From: an uncultured Acidobacteriota bacterium
Lineage (GTDB): Bacteria > Acidobacteriota > Vicinamibacteria > Vicinamibacterales > UBA2999
NCBI GenBank assembly: GCA_963793705.1
Contig: CAWCBC010000026.1
Coordinates: 7,877 to 71,876, forward strand
Length of the DNA: 64,000 nt
Direction: 5' to 3'
The translations under genes and the position numbers were made by a program. Position 1 is the first letter of the stretch; every line of letters starts with the position of its first letter. The notes under the pieces are model-generated. The model saw only the letters and a program-made list of their open reading frames with translations. It made no database searches and was not told the DNA's origin. This document shows, in pieces, positions 36,855-50,944 of this stretch.

Positions 36855-37002
36855 CGCCTTACTCCGTCAGATCACAGGGTCCGCGCGCTTCAGCGCAAGA
36901 ACGGCGCCAAGCGCGACAAGGCCAGTCTGCGTCCGCTTAAAGGCGTACGCCACCGCGGGCCGATCACAGTTGTGTGGGTGGAATGACGTCTGAAGGACTG
37001 GC

Positions 37003-40264
<3,262 letters not shown>

Positions 40265-40280
40265 CAGGCGTTGCTGGCGT

Positions 40281-40375
40281 TAACCACGAAGGACACGAAG
40301 GATCGAAGATCACGAAGAATGTTTTTCATCAAGATGAACTTCGTGTCCTTCCTGCGCTTCGTGCTCTTCGTGGTT
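40281..40375. repeat. CACGAAG palindrome, copy P7 (between carA and carB)
   Basis: taaccacgaag-gacacgaag-gatcgaag-atcacgaag ... cttcgtg-ctcttcgtggtt. Confidence 0.9.
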
Positions 40376-40380
40376 CAAAG

Positions 40381-41522
40381 TCACCGTTTCTCCATTGACT
40401 CGATGAACTGCCTGAACAGGTAGTCCGCGTCGTGCGGGCCGGGTGATGCCTCGGGATGGTACTGCACCGAGAAGATCGGCTTCGTCAGATGCCGGAATCC
40501 TTCGACCGTGTTGTCATTCAGGTTCATGTGCGTGACGGTCACGTCGGACGGCAGCGACTCCGCTTTCACCGCGAAGCCGTGATTCTGCGAGGTGATCTCG
40601 ACCTTCCCGGACTGCAGATCCTTGACCGGATGATTCGCGCCGCGGTGCCCGAACTTCAGTTTGAAGGTCTCGCCGCCGACGGCGAGCCCGAGGATCTGGT
40701 GGCCCAGGCAGATCCCGAACATCGGCACGTCCGTCGTGCGTCAGCTCGCGCACGTTGTCGATCGCGTACGGCAGCGCCGCGGGATCGCCGGGACCGTTGC
40801 TCAGGAAGATGCCGTCGGGCTCGATCGTCGTCAGCTCCGACGCCGGCGCCGACGCTGGAAACACGTGCACGTCGCAGCCATACGCATCGAGCCGGCGCAG
40901 GATGTTGAATTTCACGCCGAAGTCGTAGGCCGCCACGCGAAGCCGCCGCGTGGCCCGGGCTTCGGTTGGAATCCCGAACATTTCGTGGTCCGCGTCGCCG
41001 ACGCGCCCGGCGAACTGGCGCCATTCGAACTGCCGTGTCGCACGTCACGCCGCGCACAAGGTCCGCCCCTTCCATCTTCGGGATGGCGCGCGCCTTCTCG
41101 ATCAGCTCCGCCGGATCGACCTGCCCGGTGGCGATCACTCCGCGCATGACACCGGCGTTGCGCAGCCCGCGTGTCAGCGCCCGCGTATCGATGTCGGCGA
41201 TGGCGACGATGTGATGACGAATGAGGTAGTCGCGCAGGGTGCCGTCGGCGCGCCAGTTGCTCGCCAGCGGCGACGCTTCCCGCATGACGAAGCCGGCCAC
41301 GCGCGGCGCCTGCGACTCCGCGTCGCCCGCCGCCACGCCGTAGTTGCCAATCTGCGGCGCCGTCATCGTCACGATCTGGCCGGCGTAGGAGGGATCGGTC
41401 AGCACTTCCTGATAGCCGGTCATGCTCGTGTTGAACACGACTTCGCCCGACGTCTCGCCAGTGGCTCCGGCCGCGACGCCTTGATACCAGGTGCCATCTT
41501 CGAGCGCCAGGACAGCGTTCAT
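40381..41522 (-). CDS. carA: Carbamoyl-phosphate synthase small subunit (frameshifted)
   Basis: [38 protein letters not shown]. Confidence 0.97.
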
Positions 41523-41531
41523 GCGGCGCTC

Positions 41532-41618
41532 CAATGCAAATGCAAATGCAGAATGCCGAGATTCACGCAGGTTTCTCGACTTCTCGAGTTTGCATTTTGA
41601 ATTTCATTGCATTCATTG
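41532..41618. repeat. AT-rich tandem/inverted (AATGCA)n element
   Basis: caatgcaaatgcaaatgcagaatgc ... tgcattttgaatttcattgcattcattg. Confidence 0.8.
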
Positions 41619-42418
41619 CTCTAACGACGCCGTCACGCGGAGTCGGACTACCGGCCTTCACGTCGACCGTGGTCGACCAACGGTTGAACCCCGGAAGCTC
41701 GAGCCGGATGCTGTGTTCTCCCGCGGCCACATCGGCGATCGAGAGCGGCGTCCGCCCGACCGCCCGGCCGTCGAGGATGACCTGGGCGCCCGCGGGCCGG
41801 GAAATGACCTGCAGCGACCCGGGCCCGGTGGCAATCTGCGCATCCGGCGGGATCCGCCTTCGCCGGAACCTGTCTCTTCGCTGGCAGGTCTCGCGCTCGC
41901 TCGGGCGGGTTCCGCGCCGCGCTCACAGCCGGGCCCTGCCGGATCGTCCGGCGACGGCACGATCGGCTCAGGATCGACCCGCACGGGCTCGGGAACAGCA
42001 GACTCACTGAACGGCTGTCCGGAGGCCGCACCGGGCGTCGGCGTCGGCGTCGAAGGCCCCTGCTCCGTCGCCGCTGCGGCGCTCGTCCGTTCCCCCAACT
42101 GATACAGCCCCGCCCGATATCCGCTCGCAAAGCCAATGAGGATGCCGAGCACGAGAGAGCCGGCGGCAGCGAACCAGATGCTCAGTCCGCCGCGGCGGCG
42201 CGGTTCCTCGATTGACGACGCAAACATCGGTGGCGCGCCGTACGTGGTGTCCGGCTCTTGCCGGACCTCCGTAAGCCCTGGCTCGCCGAAGCCGAGGCGC
42301 GGCGAAGGCGGCAGCCCTTCCGTCTCCCGCAACGGAAAATCAACGAGCGGATCGTCGGGTGAAGAGTCTGACCCCTGCAGTGGAAGAACCTTTCCGTGAA
42401 GCCTTGCGATCGTAGCAT
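41613..42418 (-). CDS. PEGA-domain membrane protein (start uncertain, frameshifted)
   Basis: TM LVLGILIGFASGY, Pro-rich linker; corrected C-terminus reads SRPAGAQVILDG..GRTP..GEHSIRLE. Confidence 0.65.
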
Positions 42419-42436
42419 GTGCAAAAGGTGGGTAAC

Positions 42437-42554
42437 GTGCCTGGGTGCCTGTAGTGCCAGGTCGACGGCAGCACAGGCCTGCGAAGCACTCAGACCGTAG
42501 GCACTCGGCTGCCTCGGCAACCCAGGACCTCGGACCCTGGCACCCTAGGCACTT
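42437..42554. repeat. Degenerate (GTGCC/GGCAC) tandem-inverted element
   Basis: gtgcctgg-gtgcctgt-agtgccagg ... ggcactc-ggcaacc-ggcaccc-taggcac. Confidence 0.65.
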
Positions 42555-42557
42555 AAG

Positions 42558-42587
42558 TTGACACTGCGCGCGAGGCTCTGCGACAGT
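42558..42587 (+). promoter_or_regulatory. Sigma70-like promoter upstream of bshC
   Basis: TTGACA-18 bp-GACAGT with extended TG. Confidence 0.45.
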
Positions 42588-42595
42588 ACCCGGCG

Positions 42596-44294
42596 GTGAT
42601 CCCACAGTCTGGCGTGTCAGCCTCGGTACCCGTGCGCGCGGGTGCACGCGCCGGGGACGACATCTCCACCGTGCGCCTCCCCATCGACATTCGACGGTTC
42701 CCCTGGATTCGCCGGCTGGCGGCCGATTACGCCTTCGACTACGCGCGCGTCGCGGAGTTCTTTGCCGGCAATCCCGCCGATCCCGCCGCGTGGCGCGGTG
42801 CGATCGCGCGCGCGCAGCAACAGCCGCGGCAGCGCGAAGCCGTTGCGCAGATTCTGGAAGCGCAGCAGCGGAAACGCGGCGCGCCGCCAGAGGCGCTGAA
42901 CGCCGCCGCACAGCTCCGCGATCCGCGCACCGTCGCCATCGTCACCGGCCAGCAGGCGGTGCTCTTCGGCGGGCCGATGTTCACGCTGCTCAAGGCGATC
43001 ACGGCAATCCGGCTGGCGGAGCGCGTCGCAGACCGAATATGGCGTCCCGGCGGTGCCGATCTTCTGGATTGAGGGCGAGGACCACGACTGGGACGAGGTC
43101 AAGAAGTGCGGCGTCTTCAACGCCGACCTCGCGTCTTGTCAGGTGTCGCTTGGCGACCCGCCGGGCGCGCGTCAGACCGCTGTCGCGCGCGTCCGGCTGG
43201 ACGACTCCGCCGCCGGCGCCATCGCGGAACTGGCGTCACTGCTCCAGCAGACAGAGTTTTCGGCGTCCCTTCTCGAATCGCTCCGCCAGGCCTATCAAAC
43301 AGGGGCCGGGATGACCGACGCGTTCGGCCGCTGGCTGGAGACGACGCTCGGGTCGCGGGGCCTGGTGGTGTACGACGCCTCGGATCCGGCGGCCAAGCCG
43401 CTGGTCGCCGACCTGTTTGCGCGCGAGCTGGAAACCGCCGGCACGACGGCCAGGCTGGCCAAGGCGGCCGGCGACGCACTGCAGGCGAAGGGCTACCACG
43501 CGCAGGCGATCGCCGCACGCGGACGCCGTGGCCCTCTTCTACTTGAACAGCGGCCGGGAGGCGATCCGGCGCGACGGCCGAAGGGTTCCTCGTCGGCGAT
43601 CACACCGAGGCAGGCCGCGACCTGCTGGCGGAGGTGCGTCAGCATCCGGAACGGTTCAGCCCGAACGTGCTGCTCCGCCCGCTGGTCCAGGACACGCTGT
43701 TTCCAACCGCGTGCTATGTCGCCGGCCCCAATGAGCTTGCGTACCTGGGCCAGCTGAAGGGCGTCTATGACGCGTTCGGCTTGCCGATGCCGCTGATGTA
43801 TCAGCGTGCCACGGCAACCGTCGTCGACGCGAACGCGATGAAGTTCCTGACGCGCCACGAGTTCCCGTTCGAGGCGCTGCGCGCGCAGGACGAATCGGCA
43901 CTCAACGAGCTGCTCGAAGCGCAGCTTCCCGCGGCGGTCGAGGCCTCGCTGCAGGACGCGGCCCGCGCGATCGAGGAACGTGTCGGACGGTCTGGCGCAC
44001 GAGGTGGCCCAGGTCGATCCGACGCTGGAAGGCGCCGCGCGCTCGACGCTGACGCGGATGCAGGATGACCTGAAGAAGCTGCACGGCAAGGTGATTCAGG
44101 CGGCCAAGCGCAAGGACGACACGCTGCGCCGGCAGTACCATCATGCGCGGGCGCTCACGTTCCCCGGCGGACACCCGCAGGAGCGCGAGATTGGCTTCGT
44201 CTCGTTCCTGAACAAGTACGGCCCCACCCTCGTCGACCGTTTGAGCGAGGAGATTCCGATCGATATGGGGACGCATTGGGTGATCCAGATCTGA
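42596..44294 (+). CDS. bshC: Bacillithiol biosynthesis cysteine-adding enzyme BshC (frameshifted)
   Basis: IVTGQQ..LFGGP.FT..K, FWIEGEDHDWDE, SPNVLLRPLVQD.LFP, GPNELAY, PQER. Confidence 0.93.
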
Positions 44295-44373
44295 ACGCTC
44301 AAGGCCCACGGCCCAAGACCCAGGTAGAGGCGGTCGCCCTCTGCTCCGGATACGGCTGCCCCGCCGGCGCTGG

Positions 44374-46687
44374 GTGCGGTACCTGCTGCTGGTGACCAGC
44401 GTCTTCACGCTCGTCTTCGGCGCCGGCTTCTTCTATTTCTATTTCTCCTACGCGGACGTCATCGAAGAGCGGCTGCACGGCGAGCGCGAACGGACGCTGC
44501 CCCGCGTCTACGGCCACGCCGTGGAGCTGCGGCGCGGCCAGATGCTGTCGGTCGAGGATCTCGTCTCGCGGCTGAACGACCTCGGCTACGCCCAGCGCCA
44601 GCAGATCGACGCGCCTGGGCAGTTCACGGTCGTCCGCAACAGCGTCACGCTCTCAGCCGCGCGAAGGTCCGCTGGCCAACCGCTCCGTGCGCATCGACTT
44701 CCCGGTGCCGCGTCCGGTGAAGACGGCCCGCGGCGCCCCGCCGCCGCCGGCGCCGCGCGGGATTCAGCGGATCGAGGTTCGCGGGCGAGGCAACGTGCAG
44801 TCGGTGGAGCTCGACCCGCCGCTGCTGACGGCGCTGATGGCCGACGGTGCGCGCGAGAAGCGCCGCCACGTCCCGCTCTCCACGATTCCGCTCCGGATGC
44901 GGCAGGCGGTGATGGCGATCGAGGACCAGCGCTTCTACTCGCACGTCGGCGTGAGTCCCGTGCGCCTGGCCGCGGCCGCGATTCGCAACGCCACCAACAA
45001 GGGCAGCTCCGTCGGCTACAGCACCATCACGCAGCAGCTGGCGCGCATGTTTTTCCTGTCCGACGAGTTCAACGCGGAGCTGCAGACCGGCGAACGCGGC
45101 CGCACGTGGGGGTCGTACTGGCGCAAGGCGCGCGAAATCATGATGTCGCTCGCGCTCGAGCGCCGCGCCTCGAAGGACGAGATCCTCGAGATGTACCTGA
45201 ACGACGTCTACCTCGGTCAGCGCGGCTCGTTCGCGATCCACGGCGTCGCCGAGGCGTCGCGCATCTTCTTCGGGAAGGACGTGGCCAACGTCAGCAACAG
45301 CGAGGCCGCCACGATTGCCGGCACGATCCTGTTCCCAGGCCTCCCCTTCGCCAATCCCAAGCGGGCCACCGATCGGCGCAACACCGTGCTGCAGGCGATG
45401 GCGTCCGAGGAGTTCATCACGCAGGACACGGCCACTCGAGCCTCGCGGGAACCGCTGCAGATTGTTTCCCGCGCCGTCGACAACGAATCGCCGTACTTCG
45501 TCGACATGGTCGTGCAGCAGATTGAGGCCGCCTATCCCGGCCTGATGCTGCGGCCGGATGAAATCAGCATCTTCACGACGCTCGACCTGAACCTGCAGCG
45601 GGCGGCGCTCGAGGCCGTACGGAACGGCCTGACCCGCGTGGACGAGCTGCTCTCGAAACGGAAGCGGAAGACTCCCGGGGACCGCTCAGGCGGCGCTGAT
45701 TGCCGTCGATCCGCGCACCGGCGAGATCCTGGCGCTCGTCGGCGGCCGCTCCTACAACACCTCGCAGTACAACCGCGTGACGACGGCGCGCCGCCAGCCG
45801 GGGTCGGTGTTCAAGCCGTTCGTCTACCTCGCCGCCTTCGAGCGCGCGCGCCGAAGAAGGGCGCACCGACCTCACGCCGGCCTCGCTCACGCGCGACGAG
45901 CCGGCGCATCTTCGAGTACGACGGCATGGTCTGGGAGCCGAAGAACTACGACGACTACGACGGCGACGTGACGTGGCGGCGGGCGCTGGCGATGTCGCGC
46001 AATCTCGGCACCATCCGCGTCGGCGAGCAGATTGGCTTCGACACGGTGGCCAAGCTGTGGCGCCGGGTCGGCGTCGGCACGCCGCCGCAGGCGTTTCCGT
46101 CGATCACGCTCGGTGTCTTCGAGTTGACGCCGTTCGAGGTCGCTCAGGCCTACACGCTCTTTACCAACGGCGGGACCGTCCGGCCGCTCAAGGGGCTGAA
46201 CTACATCCAGGCCGGAGCGCGCGTGCTGAGGCCGGAGCCGGCGCAAGGACACGTCAGTGGCGCGTCCCGACACGACGTTCCTGGTCACCAACATGCTGCG
46301 CAGCGTGATCAACGAAGGCACCGGTGCCGCCGCGCGTGCGATGGGCTTCACGCCCGATGCCGCCGGCAAGAGCGGCACCACCAACGATCAACGCGACGCC
46401 TGGTTCGTCGGTTTCACGCCCGAGCTGCTGACCGTCGTCTGGGTCGGCTTCGACGACAACACGCCGATCGGCCTGACCGGCTCACAGGTCGCGCTGCCGA
46501 TCTGGACGGAGTTCATGAAGGTCGCCGTCGCCGGCCGGGCAGGCTCGCAGTTCAGCCGCCCGCAGGGATCAGCTTCGTGGAGATCGACCGCGACACCGGC
46601 AAGCTCGCCACGCCCAACTGCCCGCGAACGTTCACCGAGTCGTTCATCACCGGGACCGAACCGCTCGAACTCTGCCCGCTGCACTGA
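44374..46687 (+). CDS. Class A penicillin-binding protein (PBP1B-like; frameshifted; start uncertain)
   Basis: [26 protein letters not shown]; GSVFKP (SxxK), SRN, KSGT. Confidence 0.92.
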
Positions 46688-46726
46688 CGTGCCTGCCGAT
46701 GTGGCCGGTGAGACAGGTCGCTGTCT

Positions 46727-46890
46727 CGCGCGGGCTCGCTGGTCAGCCAGGCATTTCGGCTCCGACGGCCGGCCGCGACGCGCACGGAGAGGCGTGATCT
46801 CTGGGTGTCGTCGAAACGCCCGAACCCTGCTTGCGCGGTCCGGCCGTCTGCGCGAAACGCCTGACTGCCCAGCGTAGCGTCCGCTCGCCG
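46727..46890 (-). repeat. 164-bp structured repeat, copy 1
   Basis: Reverse complement equals 49843-50006 except 5 positions; folds as a long imperfect hairpin. Confidence 0.92.
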
Positions 46891-46911
46891 CCGGCGCGAA
46901 CACTCCGGCTG

Positions 46912-46948
46912 TTGACACGAGTCGTCGCGACATGTTACAGATCGTAAC
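46912..46948 (+). promoter_or_regulatory. -35 TTGACA and BlaI/CopY-like operator palindrome
   Basis: TTGACA at 46912; GTTAC-AGATC-GTAAC at 46934-46948 abutting the blaI start, resembling TACA-N-TGTA boxes. Confidence 0.55.
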
Positions 46949-47332
46949 GTGACTGGCAGTAACAAGTCGACGCACCCGCTCACCGACCTGCAGCAGGCGA
47001 TCCTCGATTTCCTCTGGGCCAGCGGCCCGGCGACGGCCGAAGCCATTCGCGAAGGCATCCACGTCAAGCATCCGCTCAAGGACTCGAGCATCCGCACGCT
47101 GCTGCGCCGGCTCGAGGCGCGCGGTCTGGTGAGCCACACGGTCGAGGGCAAGGTGTTCGTCTACGCGGCCGGCGTTCCCTCACAGCATGTCGCGGCGGGC
47201 GCGATCCGCCAGATCATCCAGCGCTTCTGCGCGGGATCCGTCGAACAGCTGCTGGTCGGCATGGTCGACGAAAAGGTTTTGACGGTTGGCGAGCTGGAGC
47301 GTCTGGTCCGCAAAGTCAGGAAACGCACATGA
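46949..47332 (+). CDS. BlaI/MecI/CopY family repressor
   Basis: LTDLQQAILDFLW, SIRTLLRRLEARG, F..GSVEQLL. Confidence 0.93.
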   Translation: MTGSNKSTHPLTDLQQAILDFLWASGPATAEAIREGIHVKHPLKDSSIRTLLRRLEARGLVSHTVEGKVFVYAAGVPSQHVAAGAIRQIIQRFCAGSVEQLLVGMVDEKVLTVGELERLVRKVRKRT

Positions 47333-49802
47333 CCGAACAGCTCTTACCCTGGTCATCGAAGCGGCGATTCGCGCCACGCTGCTGGCGATGCTGGTCGGGG
47401 CCCTTCTCTGGCTGCTGAGGGTTCCGCGAGGCGCTCCTCGTCACACCGCCTGGCTGATCGTCGTCATCGCGATGATCCTGATGCCGGCGCTGCAGCGTCT
47501 GACCCCTGCCCTGCCGGCACCGCTCTCACCCCGTGTGCCCGACTTCGCGACGCTGATGCCGCTGCCCGTTCCGGTGGCGCAACCGGTAACGTCTGCGATG
47601 TTTCGCCGGCACTGGCGCCTGCGAACGCAGTCAGCCGCGCACGTCCCGAGTCGCTTCGAGCCGCGTCTTCCTCAACGAATCAGGCTGCCAGCGTCTCGCG
47701 TATCGGCTGGCTCCAAATTGCCGCCGCGGCTGTACGCGCTGATCGCGATCGGACTCCTGCTCCGCGTGCATTGGCGCTGGGAACAGTCTGGACGATCTAC
47801 CGCCGAGCCAGGCCCATCGGTGATGGCCTTTTCGAATCGCCGTCGATCGCCACACCGGTGACTGTCGGCCTCGTCCGCCCGCGGATCGTGCTGCCGACGG
47901 CCTGGACCGACTGGCCGGACATCGACACGCCAGGCTGTCGTCGCCCACGAGCGCGCGCATGCAAAGCGACGCGATCCGCTGGTGGCGTTGCTCACACGTC
48001 TCAACTCCTGCGTCGTTCTGGTTCCACCCGCTGGCGTGGTGGCTGGAGCGAACGCTGGCGGATGCCGCGGAACAGGCATGCGATGAAGTCGGTGTCCGAG
48101 CGGTCCCGCACCCTCGTCAATACGCCGAGGTGCTGCTGGCGATGGCAGGCCTCACGGCAGGCTGGCGGACGGATCGTCTGGGCGGGAGTCAGCGTCGAGG
48201 GCCGCGGGCGGCTCAGCCATCGAATCGATCGAATTCTTCTTGGCCAGCAAACGACGTCGATGTCGCACGCGCGGAAATCGCTCGTTGTCGCCGGCTGCGT
48301 GATCGCGGTGACGGCCGCGGTGGCATGCCGCTCCGAGCCAGCCACCGCCTGCCCCGCTAGTTGCGGAGCAAACACCCCAGCGCGTTGAACAGCAGAAAGA
48401 GGGCGAGCGACACCAAGCCGTCCGGACGGCCGCTCACGCGATGACGTGGGAGCAGGCAGCAGAACTCGAAGCGCAGTGGCGACGCAATCCGGAGGATCTC
48501 GCGGCTGCTCGAGAAGCTGCTGTTCTTCTACGAGCCCGACATCTCCGGCAAGCACACGCCGGATGACCCGAAGAAGATTGCCGGGCGACGGCCGCTCATC
48601 CTGTGGTTGATCGAGCACCATCCGGATTCCGAGCTGCTTAAGGCGCATCCACGGCCGGATATTCGCGCCGCGGCTCGACTGGCTGACTGGATCCTCAAGG
48701 GTACGAGGCCGCCAAGAAGCTCTGGCTCGCCCATGCGGCGCGGCCCGACGTCAGCCGCATATACGCTGCGGACTGCCGCCTGGTTCCTCGACGTCGCAGA
48801 CAAGCCACTCGCAGAGCAGCTGCTGCTGCAGGGCCAGCGCAAGGACCAGGACCGAGCTGGACAGCGACCCTGGGCGACCTGTACGCAGCAGGCGATTCTG
48901 GGCTCGAATCGGTTCACGCTCTTCAACGTCATTAATTCGACGAGATCCGTGATGCAGCGCGCGGCGAGTATGCCACCAGGGTGCGGGCGACTCTCGACGA
49001 GAGCAGCTGACCCGGATCTCCTCGCCGCGAGTCGGAACCTACCTGGTCATCAATGCAAGCCAGACGAAGGTCGATTTCGATCATCTCGCGCTGGCGCGAA
49101 CGTACCTGGACCGCGCGACTTCAGCTCAATCCGAAGTCTGAGTGGGCACGCGACACGCTCGACTGTACTGGAAAGCGCGCGAGCAGGGTCAAGAAGGAAC
49201 GACAACTGCTGACTGCGACGCCCCGTGAATCGCAGCCACAAGTCATCGCGGCGTTACCGGAAGATCGAACGCCTTCCGATTCTCGTCCGCCAGGCGGCTT
49301 TCGAATACATGAGCGCCGAGTCGTCTGATTGGCGAACGCGGCATCCGCAGGCACCCGGCGACGAGCGGCCGGAACAGATCGAGGAGAACGGCAAGAAGCG
49401 CGCGGCGGCCTGGCAGCGCTCAAAGAACGTACGCGCAGGACGCCCTGAACCTCGCGAAGCGTCTCCCCAATCATCCGGATCATGCCGATGCGTTGTTCGG
49501 CGCGAATGTTGCGCTTGGCGCAAACGCTTCCGTGAGGGCGACCGCGAGACGGCCGTGCGCTACATGCTTGCAGCCGCTGAAGCTCCACCAGCGTCGTCCG
49601 AGCCGCATCGGTGTCCTGGATCATCAACGTCACTCTCGAAGGCCGACTGATCGGTCCGCTCCTGCAGTACGGCGAGCGGGAGACCGTGATTCAGTACTTC
49701 GAGCGGTCGGCGGAAAAGCGGCCAGCTGACCGCGAACGGCTCCTCGCCGCGGCCACGGCGATTCGCAACGGCAAGCTGCCGTCGAACTACCAACGCCGCT
49801 AA
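47329..49802 (+). CDS. BlaR1/M56 family metallopeptidase with helical C-terminal domain (heavily frameshifted)
   Basis: ATGA overlap with blaI; RHTAW, PVTVGLVRPRIVLP, AHERAH (HExxH), WFHPLAW, EQACD. Confidence 0.85.
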
Positions 49803-49842
49803 CCGCCCACTCCCGTTTCGCGCGAAGCGCCCGCCGCCGCGC

Positions 49843-50006
49843 CGGCGAGCGGACGATACGCTGGGCAGTCAGGCGTTTCGCGGAGACGGCCGGACCGCGC
49901 AAGCAGGGTTCGCACGTTTCGACGACACCCAGAGGTCACGCCTCTCCGTGCGCGTCGCGGCCGGCCGTCGGAGCCGAAATGCCTGGCTGACCAGCGAGCC
50001 CGCGCG
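49843..50006 (+). repeat. 164-bp structured repeat, copy 2 (inverted relative to copy 1)
   Basis: 159/164 identity by eye to the reverse complement of 46727-46890. Confidence 0.92.
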
Positions 50007-50067
50007 GACGAGGCCAGCAACGGCACCAAGCCCCGCAGCAACCCAGGCAACCTCCTATAATCGAGTT

Positions 50068-50944
50068 GTGAACCAGGAAGTCTTCGCCGCCCTCGCCGAA
50101 GCGCTGTCGCGCGGCGAGGAAGTGGCGCTCGTCACCATCACCGGCTCGACCGGCTCGACCCCGCAGCGCGTCGGCGCCAAGATGCTCGTCTACTCCGACG
50201 GCCGGACGGTCGGCACCATCGGCGGCGGCTGCTACGAGAACGACGCGTTCGGGAAGGCGCGCGAGGCGATCCTGGCACGCCGCCCGCTCAGCGTGAAGTA
50301 CGAGCTGAACGACGACTTCGCGCAGGAGACCGGGCTCGTCTGCGGCGGCCAGATGGAAGTCTTCATCGAGCCGGTCGAGGCATCGCCGGAGGTCTACATC
50401 TTCGGCGCCGGGCACGTCGGCTACTTCGTCGCCAAGATGGCGCACGACGCCGGCTTCCGGGTCCACGTCGTGGACGATCGCGAGAAGTTCGCCAACACCG
50501 AGCGCTTCGGCGAAGGCATCGACGTCGTCGTCGATCACATCCCGACCTGGCTGCAGAATCACCAGCTGCCGCCGACGGCGTACGCCGTGATCGTGACGCG
50601 CGGCCACACGCACGACCTCGACGCGCTGCGCGCCGTCGCTCGCCAACCCGATGCGCTACGTCGGGCTGATCGGCAGCAAGGCCAAGGTCCGGCGCATCTT
50701 CGACGTGCTGCGGGAAGAAGGCATGGCGTCCGACGCGCTGCGCCCGGTGCACGCGCCGATCGGCCTCGACATCGGCGCCATCACGCCCCAGGAGATCGCC
50801 GTCAGCATCGTCGCCGAGCTGATCGCCGTGAAGCACGGCAAGATTGCCGAACCCGCCGTCGCCGCCGTCAGCATGCGCTGGGAAGGCGCTCTGCAAGAAA
50901 TAGGTCGTCAGTCGACTGCCTCATCCGCAACGCCACCATCCTGA
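50068..50944 (+). CDS. XdhC/CoxI family molybdoenzyme maturation protein (frameshifted)
   Basis: GSTPQRVGAKM, GTIGGGC, CGGQM, FGAGHV, YVGLIGS, PIGLDIGA.TPQEIA. Confidence 0.92.

Noticed and set aside
46727-46890. 164-bp hairpin as 6S RNA, SRP RNA or tRNA
   Set aside because: It occurs as two near-identical inverted copies, and no SRP domain IV motif, tRNA cloverleaf or 6S central bubble was recognisable by eye.
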